The position numbers were made by a program, and so were the translations under genes. A DNA stretch of 50,839 bases from a virus: the IMG/VR virus record IMGVR_UViG_3300029858_000017. One strand, 5' to 3'. Shown here piece by piece: positions 1 to 8,105 of this stretch (its first letter is position 1; each line of letters begins with the position of its first letter). A model generated the notes under the pieces. It searched no databases. It saw only the letters and a list, made by a program, of their open reading frames with translations, and was not told the origin of the DNA.

Positions 1-99
1 ACGAGTACGACGAGTACGGGGAGCGAAGCCACCACCACCAGTTTTGCGAGGCGCTCAAGCTGCTGTTGTTATAGGTGCTGTTGCTGACGGCGTTCGCCG
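1..99. repeat. Terminal direct repeat copy 1 (identical to 50741..50839); circular-closure overlap
   Basis: Read directly: acgagtacgacgagtacggggagcgaagccaccaccacca...ttgctgacggcgttcgccg occurs at both window ends. It lies inside an ORF and partly inside VR1, so it is not a packaging terminus. Confidence 0.95.
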
Positions 100-673
100 T
101 GGGCTTGCAGAGGCGCGAACTGTTGTCGCTGCTGAACAAGGAAAGCCGCGAGCCCTCTGCGATGCTGTTTTCGCTGCCGAGGCCGACCTCCTGTTTGGAA
201 AGCAGGAAAACCTTATCGACGACGCTCTCCGAGCCGCCGCCGTCTACGGTCGCCTTTGCTACGGTGAGGGTGGTATCGAGGAGGGCGGCTTTCATCTGTG
301 CGGAAAAGTCGGTTAGGAATCCGCTCTGGCCGTCGTAGGGGTTGTAGCTGACGTTTCCGCTGCTTGGGGTTGCGTCTGCGCTGTGCTGCGCGACGTACCA
401 AGGCGAGCCGCTCTTATTCAGCCATTGCCGGATGTTGGAAAGGGCGTAGCGGTTGTTGCCGTAGCTTCTGCGGTTGCTGTCGCTGTTGCCGCTCTCTTTT
501 GCGTCGAATGCTGCAATCTTGAGGATGTTCGCCGCGATGAGGGTGACGGAGTTGGCCGGGTAGCCGCTGTGGTTCTTGTCGGCTACCTGCCAGATGATGG
601 GGCTCCCGTAGTAGGTCGTGCCGGTGTCCTTGACCTTCGCGCCTACGGGGAGGCTGCTGATTGCTTTAGACAT
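1..673 (-). CDS. DGR target protein 1, 5' portion (gene crosses the circular junction and continues 50740 down to 49710; 567 aa in total)
   Basis: ATG at 673-671 preceded by GAAAGGAG. I checked the minus-strand frame triplet by triplet from 673 to 2 and found no stop. It is in frame with tracked ORF 49710..50798 through the overlap (673+1031=1704 nt). Translation MSKAISSLPVGAKVKDTGTTYYGSPIIWQVADKN...NIRQWLNKSG...DKVFLLSKQEVGL...QNWWWWLRSP matches the family I recall as DUF6273. Confidence 0.85.
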   Translation of the reverse strand, partial: MSKAISSLPVGAKVKDTGTTYYGSPIIWQVADKNHSGYPANSVTLIAANILKIAAFDAKESGNSDSNRRSYGNNRYALSNIRQWLNKSGSPWYVAQHSADATPSSGNVSYNPYDGQSGFLTDFSAQMKAALLDTTLTVAKATVDGGGSESVVDKVFLLSKQEVGLGSENSIAEGSRLSLFSSDNSSRLCKPTANAVSNSTYNNSSLSASQNWWWWLRSPYSSYS

Positions 674-1805
674 GGTCTGTGTCGCTCCTTTCAAATATCG
701 AGTTGTAGAGACGGTCGTACTTCTCGATGAGGGCGCGGCAATCGCCGTGGGAAGCGTGTGCCCGCCAGCTTTGGTAGCTTTCGGTTATCTTCTCTCTGGT
801 GATGGCCCCGCTCTCGTACATGACCTTGTACTTGCGGAGTTTCCGCTTCATGCGCTCCCGGCTGGCCTTGCGCAGCTTTCTCACTACCTTGCCGGTGTCC
901 GTGAGGTAGCTGTGGAAGCCGAGGAAATCAAGCCCGTTCCGAAGCGGGAATATCTGCGTTTTCTGGTTCAGCTCAAGCCCTCTGGCGGCGAGGTGCTCCT
1001 CGATTTCCTTCCATGCTGCGCGTAGGGTGTCTTTGTCCTCGTGGATGAGGAAAAAGTCGTCCATGTAGCGGCCGTAGTAACGGATGCGGAGTTTCTCTTT
1101 CACGAGGTGGTCGAGCTTGTTGAGGTAAAGCAGCGCGTATATTTGGCTGCTCTGGTTCCCGATTGGGATGCCGACGTCTCCGGGCGTGCTGTCTATGATG
1201 GCGTCCGACAGGGCGAGGCTGCGCTCGTCATGAAGCAGCTCGCGGACATCCTGCTTTAGAACGTCGTGCCGGATGCTGGAAAAGTAGTGCCGCACGTCAG
1301 CCTTGAGTACCCATCCGTATGCGGAGCCGTGTCGCCGGTAATACTCCCGCATGAAGCCGGAAAGGCGGTCGAGGCCGAAATGGGTTCCTTTTCCTATCTG
1401 GCTGCCGTAATTGTCGAGAATGAACGGCCGCGAGAGGGCGTCGTAAAGGACGTTATCGCAAAAGGCGTGCTGCACGATTTTGTCCTTGAAACTGTTGGTC
1501 TGGATGAGGCGTTTCTTTGGCTCGAATACGTAAAATTCCCGGTAATCGCCGGGCTTGTAGGTGCCCTCGCTCAATTCGTTTTGCAGATAGGCGACGGCCT
1601 CGAGTGCGTTCAGCTCTATCTTGGCGACGGTGTTCTTCCATCGCTTTCCCCGGCGCGAGGCCCGGTAGGCTTTGTAAAGGTTCCCGAAGTCGCAAACCTC
1701 ATCGAAATTCTGCTTGCGGTCTTGCTCCACGTAAACCTCCCTCCAAACACCGCGATAGCCCCTGGGCCCTCTGGGTATGGTTGGGCTCCGGGGCGTCGGT
1801 GTCAT
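666..1805 (-). CDS. DGR reverse transcriptase
   Basis: Tracked ORF 666..2033 contains GIPIGNQSSQIYALLYL (DGR-type [I/L]GxxxSQ) and GRYMDDFFLIH (YxDD). The first 76 tracked codons are the TR read in frame, so the start is moved to ATG 1805 (MTPTPRSP...). Stop TAA 666-668 overlaps the target-1 start. Confidence 0.9.
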   Translation of the reverse strand: MTPTPRSPTIPRGPRGYRGVWREVYVEQDRKQNFDEVCDFGNLYKAYRASRRGKRWKNTVAKIELNALEAVAYLQNELSEGTYKPGDYREFYVFEPKKRLIQTNSFKDKIVQHAFCDNVLYDALSRPFILDNYGSQIGKGTHFGLDRLSGFMREYYRRHGSAYGWVLKADVRHYFSSIRHDVLKQDVRELLHDERSLALSDAIIDSTPGDVGIPIGNQSSQIYALLYLNKLDHLVKEKLRIRYYGRYMDDFFLIHEDKDTLRAAWKEIEEHLAARGLELNQKTQIFPLRNGLDFLGFHSYLTDTGKVVRKLRKASRERMKRKLRKYKVMYESGAITREKITESYQSWRAHASHGDCRALIEKYDRLYNSIFERSDTDHV

Positions 1806-2023
1806 GTGTTTGTCCTCGGCGTTGCGCCTTTGGACGGGATATTCATTCCTTTGATGGGTGGGCCTCTGCTTTCGGCCGCCGGAACGGCGGTCTACTTGGT
1901 CGCGGTGTTCCACCAGAGCCGGGCGCACGCCGTTGTTGCCGTTGTACGCGTTGTTGTTGTTGCTGCTCCCGTCCGTGTTCACGTTGCGCACGTTGTTCGA
2001 GTTCGACGAGTTCGGGGAGCGAA
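1806..2023 (-). ncRNA. Inferred DGR template RNA (TR plus TR-RT spacer)
   Basis: By analogy with characterised DGRs, TR and the downstream spacer are transcribed as the RT template/primer RNA. The ends are not determinable from sequence. Confidence 0.5.
1917..2023 (-). repeat. DGR template repeat (TR), 107 nt, 13 AAC codons, 31 adenines on the coding strand
   Basis: Aligns without gaps to 50661..50767 (VR1) and, over its first 81 nt, to 29943..30023 (VR2). Every mismatch is at a plus-strand T, which is a coding-strand A in TR. Coding sense: VRSPNSSNSNNVRNVNTDGSSNNNNAYNGNNGVRPA. Confidence 0.92.
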
Positions 2024-2078
2024 CAAAGCTCACAAAGGCTGGCGATGCACGTACAATGAATACCCCAATGAAACGAGG

Positions 2079-2480
2079 CTATCCCTTGGGGCTAAACCGC
2101 GTTGCATCCTTCTTTTTCCATGATGCGGTGAGGTTTTTAACGTCGAGTATCTTCTTCGTCCAGTCCTCGCACCTTCGTATGTCGATGTAGCCCCGTTCGA
2201 GGGCGATGTCGAGGAGGTTCAGAAGTACCTTGCATTTTGTGAGGGCCTCCTGCTGCAATCCGGCCCGCTTGGCCGCTTCCTCCGGGCTGCGCGGGTATAT
2301 CTCGTTGGCCTCTATAAGGTCTTGGAGAATGTCGAGTGCTGCCGTTTCCATCCGCTGCGAAAGTGTGAAACGGACGGATTTCGGAAACACTTTGTTGCTG
2401 GCCCAGAGGGTGTGGTTCAGCAGGTCTTTGGCTTTGGTTACGGCGGTGAGTTCGCCTGTTCGGTTGACCGTATCAAGCAC
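2079..2480 (-). CDS. avd: Accessory variability determinant (Avd)-like four-helix-bundle protein
   Basis: 133 aa, basic and helical. ...NKVFPKSVRFTLSQRMETAALDILQDLIEANE... fits the Avd / 23S-rRNA-IVS protein pattern. It sits immediately 5' of TR. GTG start. Confidence 0.75.
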   Translation of the reverse strand: MLDTVNRTGELTAVTKAKDLLNHTLWASNKVFPKSVRFTLSQRMETAALDILQDLIEANEIYPRSPEEAAKRAGLQQEALTKCKVLLNLLDIALERGYIDIRRCEDWTKKILDVKNLTASWKKKDATRFSPKG

Positions 2481-2725
2481 CTCCTGTTCACGAGTTCGTC
2501 GAGCTCCTCTTGGCTGATGCCCTCAACTTCGAGTACGCCCTTCTTGACGGCGATGGTAACGGGTCTGCCGTCTCGGGTCTGGCCGGTCAACGTGAGGCCG
2601 GGCCTGCAACAGGGGCAGGGCTCCCGCAGTTCCGCTATGATGTGCGGAATAAGGCAGGACGCGCCCTCGTCGCTGCAAAGCGCGACGGCCGTCACGCCTC
2701 GACGAGTTTCGTGTTCTTGTTCCAT
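2438..2725 (-). CDS. Hypothetical small Cys-rich protein between tail fibre and avd
   Basis: 95-aa ORF (CSDEGASC...PCPCC) overlapping both neighbours. No family recognised. Confidence 0.35.
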   Translation of the reverse strand: MEQEHETRRGVTAVALCSDEGASCLIPHIIAELREPCPCCRPGLTLTGQTRDGRPVTIAVKKGVLEVEGISQEELDELVNRRCLIRSTEQANSPP

Positions 2726-3390
2726 ACGCCGTCGATGATGGTGATGTTGGTAAGACCGGCGAAATCGGCGCTGAATGTGACGCCGCCGGGCATATCGCCA
2801 GAAACAAGGTCGTTAAGAAGGTCGATGTCTGCGCCGTGCTTGTCGAGAATGTCTTGCAGGCCGATGATGTCGCTGATGGTGTGGCTGTGGCCGATGAGGG
2901 CGTACTTGGCGAGGTCGTCCATCGTCGCGAATGCCTCGGGGTTGATGACAGCCGTAACGAGCGCAACGTTCTTGACGATGGTGACGATGGTGAAGGTTGC
3001 GAGTTTGTTTACGGCGTCCGCGTCGGCTCTTATCCACTCGGGGTGCTGCTGCAAGTAGAGGTAGGCGTAAAGGATGTCGCCCTCGTCCGGGTCTTCTGCC
3101 CAGAGGCCGAGCTCCGTGCAAGAGAAGCCCTGCGCGAGGTCGATGCTGCTGATTTGCACGACGACGGACGCCTCGCCGGTGGCGCTGCTGCTTACGGAGG
3201 CGATTAGGCCGTCTGTGACGTAGTTCCCCAGCTCCGTCATGCCCTCCGGGCTCTTGCCGCTCGGGATGCTGCCGTCGCCTGCTGTGACTTTGGTAAATTT
3301 GAGGGTGCCCTCGGATGCGAGCAGCTTGCCGATGAGGGCGTTGCCCTTCTCGGTCAAATAGCTGCCGTCGTTGAAGCTGATTTCTGGCAT
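2692..3390 (-). CDS. Tail fibre protein (tail-collar fibre N-terminal domain-like)
   Basis: MPEISFNDGSYLTEKGNALIGKLLASEGTLKFTKVTAGDG...ELGLWAEDPDEGDILYAY resembles the P2 gpH/DUF3751-type N-terminus. It is the last gene of the baseplate series. Confidence 0.7.
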   Translation of the reverse strand: MPEISFNDGSYLTEKGNALIGKLLASEGTLKFTKVTAGDGSIPSGKSPEGMTELGNYVTDGLIASVSSSATGEASVVVQISSIDLAQGFSCTELGLWAEDPDEGDILYAYLYLQQHPEWIRADADAVNKLATFTIVTIVKNVALVTAVINPEAFATMDDLAKYALIGHSHTISDIIGLQDILDKHGADIDLLNDLVSGDMPGGVTFSADFAGLTNITIIDGVWNKNTKLVEA

Positions 3391-3403
3391 TGTGCTTCCT
3401 CCT

Positions 3404-4087
3404 TTAGTTGGCTGGTTTTATGGTTACGGCCGTCAGGTAGACGGCTGCGGTGCCCGTGTAGAGCGTTGCCGTTGCTCTGCGGTTGACGTTCGGCGGCCGG
3501 GCCGTGATGCGGGAAGACGTCGCAAAGCCGGTGTTGATGTAGACGGTCTGCGTGTAGCTCTTGCGGCTGCGCAGGAAAAGTCTCATGCCGACACCTGCTG
3601 CGACTATACGCTTCATAACTGCGGCGATGAGGTCTGCCGTGTCAATCTGTGCGGCCGTTAGGATGTCCTCGTCAACGTATATCCAGACTTTGGCCGGGAA
3701 CACCTCGTCGAGGTCAACCTGTCCGGGCTGGATGTCGAAAAGGGTTGCGGCCGCGCTGATGACGGTCTCGATGTCGCCGCCGGAAAGCAGGCTTATCATC
3801 TTGACCTTGATGAGGAGCCGGTAGAACTTGTCCGAGGCTCCATCCCGCGCTACACCGAAGTTCTCGCCGTATCGGTCGAGCACGCTGCCCTGCGCGTTGT
3901 CGAGGTCGTCCCACAGCAGGATTTTGTCTGCCTGCTCATGCACGAGCTCAAGGCCCCACGAGAAGGTGTCAAAGAGGCGGCCAATGTTCGTCTCGAGCGG
4001 CAGGCTGTTGTGGGCGTTTCGGACGTCTGCGCGGTTGTATGCGCCCGTAAGAAGGTCGAGCATCTTTCCGAGGTATCCGTGGCTCAT
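3404..4087 (-). CDS. Baseplate/tail-fibre attachment protein (XkdU / Mu gp48, DUF2313-like)
   Basis: Position directly after baseplate J; size and sequence style; 4-nt overlap with the upstream gene. Confidence 0.55.
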   Translation of the reverse strand: MSHGYLGKMLDLLTGAYNRADVRNAHNSLPLETNIGRLFDTFSWGLELVHEQADKILLWDDLDNAQGSVLDRYGENFGVARDGASDKFYRLLIKVKMISLLSGGDIETVISAAATLFDIQPGQVDLDEVFPAKVWIYVDEDILTAAQIDTADLIAAVMKRIVAAGVGMRLFLRSRKSYTQTVYINTGFATSSRITARPPNVNRRATATLYTGTAAVYLTAVTIKPAN

Positions 4088-5271
4088 GTGATGCTCACCT
4101 TGCTTTCTGCCGTGACCGCTTTCTGGCGGCTGCTTATCTCAATGTTGTCGTAGTTGTAGGCGCTGCCGTCGCTGCTGATTTTGAGTTCGAAGTCGAGGAC
4201 GCCGGGAACGGTGTAAATGACGGCCGGTAGCCGGTTGTAGTAGATGTCCTCGCCGATTGTGGTGCCGCCGTTGGCGTCGCTGCCGATGTAGTCGATGATT
4301 GCTGCCTTGATGAGGGCCTTTCCGTTGGTCGGGAACTTGTCTTCATCGGTTACGAGGTCTGTAATCTTCACCCACACGTCAACGAGCGTGGGCCGCGAGA
4401 ATTTGATGGTGTAGGTCGCTCCGCTGTCGGAGAGGACGGAGACGCTCTTGCCGCCGTGGGTCTGAATGCCTGCGGCCTTGCGCCGGAATATCTGCTTTGC
4501 AATGTCTCCATCGAGGCCGCCGTAAACGACTGCCTCGATGCTGTGTGCCGGGAGGCCGTCGCTGTCTTCCTCGTCCGTGTCGTTCTCGTAGACGATGACG
4601 GCATAGACGCCCTCTACATTTTGGAGAATCTCGCCCCGGATGGCGTCGGCGTTGACGCCGCCTGCGTAGTCAACGGATTTGTAGTAGCGGTCTCTGTAAT
4701 CCTCGTCTGTCTCCCGGGCGCGGCCGCCCTCAAACGCCGCGGGATTGCTGACGTTTGTGATTCCTTCCGGGATGCCGGGGTTTACGATGGTCGTGATGGT
4801 CTCCTTCTCTACGTTGCCGTCTGCGCCTGCTACGGTGGCCTGCGCCGGTAGCGTTACGGTGCCGTCGCTGCCTATCTCTCCGGCCGCCACAACGACGAAC
4901 TGATAGCCCGCTACGGTGGCCGCGAGCCAGCCTGCCGGTACGATGGTGCCCGGTGTGCCCTTGACGGTGATGTAGCCGCTGGCCTTTTGCTCCGAAAGGA
5001 GGCGAAGGCCGATGGCCTTGCCGAGGTTGTATAGGCTGGTTCCCACGGCCGTATCGACGAAACGGCTGTTATAGACGTCCTCGATTGTGGAAAAGAGCAT
5101 ATTCAGAATCCATGCGTAAATCCGTAGGAACAGGCCGATGGGCGAGCGGACGGTGAGGTTGGCCTTGGTGCCGAAAAGCTCTCGCGCCTTGTATTCGAGG
5201 GCGTCGAGGAGTTCTGTGTACGTTGGCCGTCGGAAGCCTCTTTCCGTGAGGCCCCATTCGTTGCTGCTCAT
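4084..5271 (-). CDS. Baseplate J-like protein (XkdT / Mu gp47 / P2 gpJ family)
   Basis: 395 aa. ...GYITVKGTPGTIVPAGW...AAFEGGRARETDEDYRDRY... is typical of the baseplate J family. Confidence 0.8.
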   Translation of the reverse strand: MSSNEWGLTERGFRRPTYTELLDALEYKARELFGTKANLTVRSPIGLFLRIYAWILNMLFSTIEDVYNSRFVDTAVGTSLYNLGKAIGLRLLSEQKASGYITVKGTPGTIVPAGWLAATVAGYQFVVVAAGEIGSDGTVTLPAQATVAGADGNVEKETITTIVNPGIPEGITNVSNPAAFEGGRARETDEDYRDRYYKSVDYAGGVNADAIRGEILQNVEGVYAVIVYENDTDEEDSDGLPAHSIEAVVYGGLDGDIAKQIFRRKAAGIQTHGGKSVSVLSDSGATYTIKFSRPTLVDVWVKITDLVTDEDKFPTNGKALIKAAIIDYIGSDANGGTTIGEDIYYNRLPAVIYTVPGVLDFELKISSDGSAYNYDNIEISSRQKAVTAESKVSIT

Positions 5272-5643
5272 TTATGCGCTCACCTCCATGCTGATTTTCT
5301 GGCCGCTGTAAAGGGTTGCCGCGAGCTCGACGGAAAGGCTGCGGCCGCTCCTGTCCGTCTCAAGGCTATCCACCTGCGCGACGTCGGTTTCTTGGAATAC
5401 TGCTTCGCGGATTACCTCGTCAACCTCGTCCGGCTCGAGCTCTGCGTTCCTCCGGCCTAGAACGCGCTCGTACTCGGTGCCGTGTGTCTCGTCGAGGGGG
5501 AATGTTCCCTTCCACGTGAGGAGCGTAAGACGGACGCATTGCGCCGTGGTGTCGTCTCCGTAGATGTATTCCATGTCGCCGTTCTCGTCGATGGGAATGT
5601 CCATGGTCTCGGGGTCTATGCGTAGTGTCTTGTTTCTTTCCAT
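5272..5643 (-). CDS. Baseplate wedge protein, gp25/gpW-like (XkdS, DUF2634-like)
   Basis: 123 aa immediately upstream of baseplate J. ...AQCVRLTLLTWKGTFPLDETHG... pattern. Confidence 0.6.
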   Translation of the reverse strand: MERNKTLRIDPETMDIPIDENGDMEYIYGDDTTAQCVRLTLLTWKGTFPLDETHGTEYERVLGRRNAELEPDEVDEVIREAVFQETDVAQVDSLETDRSGRSLSVELAATLYSGQKISMEVSA

Positions 5644-5654
5644 GGCTCTCCTCC

Positions 5655-6254
5655 TTATGTCGGCATCGGCCCGCCGCCGTGGGTGTGGTTCTTTAGGCTT
5701 ATTCCTCCTGCTACGACGTCGCCCGTTGCCGTGATGTCGCCGGTCACGGTGAGATTGCCGGTGATTTCAACGTCGCCGAGGATGACGATGCCGGAATCCG
5801 TGACGGCGAGGTAGATGCCGCCGTCGTCGGTGCCGATTGCAAAGCCGTCCGGCAGGCCGGAAACACCGCCGCCTCCCGTGGCGATGCCGCCCATGAATAC
5901 GGCGTCGCTGCTCGAGTGGTTCCGCTCGGTGTTTGGCTCGCCCTCTGCGCCTCCGGCTACGGCGTTGTCGATGTCATGGTCGCAGAAGACGACGCTGCCG
6001 ACGTCACCGGGCTTGTAATTCACGCGCATGGCAAAGCCGCCGCCGCGCTGGCAGGAGACGGGCACGCTCAAGATGGGCGGTTGGCTCTCGTAGCTGCCTT
6101 GGTCGAGGCGCTTGGAAATAGGCTGAACATCGACGGTCATCTTTGCCGGGTCGTATGCGATAATTTTTACAAGCTGCGCGACGTTGATGGCCGCGCTGGC
6201 CGTCTTCTGCTGCTGCTTCTCGTAGTCGTATTGCCTGCTGTTCTTCATGCTCAT
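5655..6254 (-). CDS. Baseplate central spike/hub protein (gpV / Mu gp45-like)
   Basis: 199 aa, Gly-rich beta-repeat C-terminus ...VEITGNLTVTGDITATGDVVAGGISLKNHTHGG; synteny. Confidence 0.55.
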   Translation of the reverse strand: MSMKNSRQYDYEKQQQKTASAAINVAQLVKIIAYDPAKMTVDVQPISKRLDQGSYESQPPILSVPVSCQRGGGFAMRVNYKPGDVGSVVFCDHDIDNAVAGGAEGEPNTERNHSSSDAVFMGGIATGGGGVSGLPDGFAIGTDDGGIYLAVTDSGIVILGDVEITGNLTVTGDITATGDVVAGGISLKNHTHGGGPMPT

Positions 6255-7096
6255 GCCGGTTTCACCTCGATTTCTGTCTTCCAGTCGCCGCTTTGGCTGC
6301 CTCTGTGGGTTCCTCGGACTATCATAAACCGGCCGTTAAGGTCGGAAGACTGGATTTTGATGAGGTCGGCCGGGCCGAGGTGGTAGTTGAGGAGGCTGCT
6401 GCGCTTCTTCGTCGCCGCCTCCTCATTCTTGGTGTCGGTGCTTTTCTTGGTGTCGAGCCCCGTCTCGATATGTATTTCTTCCCGCTCCTCGTCGCTGCGG
6501 AGGAGGCCGGTGCTCGGGGATAGCAGGTAGCCCTTGTTGACGCCGTCTGCGGGGTTGTTGATGATGATTTTCCCGCAACGGATTAGGAAGCGGCTCTTGC
6601 AGTCGCTTACAACGATTTCCGTCAAGACGTCCTTGAGCTTGCCTTTGCAAACCTTCCCCCGGGGGTATTCCTTGTCGATTGCGAGGTCGAAGGTGCCTAT
6701 CTCGATGCCGAAGATGTTGAGAAGGTCTTGGAGCATCGCCTTGGCCTTGATGCCCTTCTGGTAGGTCTTGTTTATCTGGGCCGTGAGCCACTCGTCAAGC
6801 GCCTCCGTCGCGGTTATCTTCGTACACCAGTCCGTGGTGCTGCGCTTGTGCGAAAGTCCGCTGACCTGCCCCACAAAGATGACGCCCATATCGCCCTCGT
6901 AGCCTGCGTTGATGATGACGGGGTCGCCCTTGCGGATGCCGTTGCGCGTGGCTGCCGAAAGGTTGTAGGCGTTGATGGTCGCCGTGGCGAGCTCCTCGCT
7001 GTCTTCAAAAGGCACTTCAAAATCGAATGTGAGGTCGTCAAGGGAATACTTCTTCGCTCCGATTTGCAGGGTTGCTGTCCTAATCCAAAATTCCAT
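6251..7096 (-). CDS. XkdQ/YqbQ-like tail/baseplate hub protein (gpD-like)
   Basis: 281 aa, synteny after the tape measure; MEFWIRTATLQIGAKKYSLDDLTFDFEVPF... N-terminus. Confidence 0.6.
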   Translation of the reverse strand: MEFWIRTATLQIGAKKYSLDDLTFDFEVPFEDSEELATATINAYNLSAATRNGIRKGDPVIINAGYEGDMGVIFVGQVSGLSHKRSTTDWCTKITATEALDEWLTAQINKTYQKGIKAKAMLQDLLNIFGIEIGTFDLAIDKEYPRGKVCKGKLKDVLTEIVVSDCKSRFLIRCGKIIINNPADGVNKGYLLSPSTGLLRSDEEREEIHIETGLDTKKSTDTKNEEAATKKRSSLLNYHLGPADLIKIQSSDLNGRFMIVRGTHRGSQSGDWKTEIEVKPA

Positions 7097-7453
7097 CTAC
7101 GCCGTCCTCCTTTCATGGAGGTAGAGCTTTACCTGCTGACCGAAGTTCTCGAGCGTGACCTCGCTGATGCCTTCCTCGGTCAGGCATTGTGGGATGATGA
7201 CGGGTAGCGGGAATCGCTCGTCTTCGACGCTGCCAAACAGGGGCCTCCCGTATCTCACGATGTCGCCGTACACGAGGGGCTCGCCGTCGCTGCTTTCGAG
7301 GTCGGCGGTGAAGAACTTGCCGACTTCGTTGTACTTGATGGTAAACATATAGGTCTTGTCCGTCAGTTTCACGGAGAAGGTGTAGGGAACTTTGGCCGTG
7401 TCGATGTCGATGTACTCAACCTCCTGCCCGAGGTCTATAAGCTGTAACGCCAT
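7097..7453 (-). CDS. Hypothetical tail/baseplate protein
   Basis: 118-aa ORF abutting the XkdQ-like gene; no family recognised. Confidence 0.5.
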   Translation of the reverse strand: MALQLIDLGQEVEYIDIDTAKVPYTFSVKLTDKTYMFTIKYNEVGKFFTADLESSDGEPLVYGDIVRYGRPLFGSVEDERFPLPVIIPQCLTEEGISEVTLENFGQQVKLYLHERRTA

Positions 7454-8090
7454 GCCTATCCCTCCCTTGCTTTGCTACCGCGACGGCGCGGGCGGTGCCG
7501 TTGTAGCTCGGCGTCGCCCTGCTGGCGGGCCCGCTGCTGCTGGCGGGCTTGCTGTCGTAGCTGCTGACGTACTGCGCGTATGCGCTGCTGGAAATGGTGC
7601 TCGATACGGTGGTCTTGAGGCCGTCCGAGCTTGTCTTCTTGGTCTGTGTCGGGTTGCTGCTGCTTTTGCCGCTGTCCTGCTGCGTCATTGTCGGGTAGGC
7701 CCCAACCTCGACAACCTCGGCCGACGATATGTTGACCTGCTGAAAGGTTGCTTTGAAGGAGCAGCCTTTCGCGTTCTTGGCCGAGGCGTCGAAAGTGAGG
7801 CTTGTTATGACGAGGTTGCTGACGCGGTTCCTGCCGGTGTAGGATACAATGTCGCGGCGCTCCCTCATGTTCTGTAGCGTGCTCTGGGCCTGCTGGCCGC
7901 CGATGATGACGCCGGAAATTGTGAATTTCATCGGGTCTTTGATGACGTGGTCGTTGATGTCGCCGCCACTCTCAATGGGGTTGGAGGTGACTTTGCTCGA
8001 CATCGAGACTTGCTCCGTCTGGATATTGCCGACAGTCTCCGGCTCGAATCTGACCGTGCCGCACTTGCGGCCCGTGATGGTGTATGCCAT
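7416..8090 (-). CDS. Tail protein following tape measure (Dit-like N-terminal motif)
   Basis: ...SKVTSNPIESGGDINDHVIKDPMKFTISGVI... motif; Ser/Thr-rich C-terminus; synteny. Confidence 0.5.
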   Translation of the reverse strand: MAYTITGRKCGTVRFEPETVGNIQTEQVSMSSKVTSNPIESGGDINDHVIKDPMKFTISGVIIGGQQAQSTLQNMRERRDIVSYTGRNRVSNLVITSLTFDASAKNAKGCSFKATFQQVNISSAEVVEVGAYPTMTQQDSGKSSSNPTQTKKTSSDGLKTTVSSTISSSAYAQYVSSYDSKPASSSGPASRATPSYNGTARAVAVAKQGRDRHGVTAYRPRAGG

Positions 8091-8105
8091 AGCTCCGTCA
8101 CCTCC

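Larger units (their letters stand above)
666..2480 (-). mobile_element. DGR core cassette: avd, template repeat, ~110-nt spacer, reverse transcriptase
   Basis: Co-linear Avd-like ORF, TR with two adenine-mismatched VR copies, and an RT with DGR-type motifs. Confidence 0.9.

Noticed and set aside
1-99. The 99-bp terminal repeat as a physical direct terminal repeat or cos end
   Set aside because: It lies inside an uninterrupted ORF and a VR, far from the terminase genes. That is more consistent with an assembly overlap of a circular or circularly permuted genome.
213-401. Small alternative-frame ORFs inside recognised genes (also 2523..2966, 2813..3121, 6423..6791, 8137..8550, 11675..12301, 16312..16806, 45728..46648, 48602..49591)
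   Set aside because: They are fully nested in better-supported genes, with Arg/Pro/Ser-rich translations typical of off-frame GC-rich sequence.
666-1805. RT as a retron, group II intron or Abi-type defence RT
   Set aside because: An adjacent Avd-like gene, a TR with two adenine-mismatched VRs, and the GxxxSQ motif all point to a DGR. No intron RNA domains or msr/msd-like inverted repeats were noticed.
1806-2033. N-terminal 76 codons of the tracked RT ORF as real coding sequence
   Set aside because: This segment is the TR (Asn-rich, AAC codons) plus spacer. RT homology starts later and an internal ATG gives a normal-length DGR RT.
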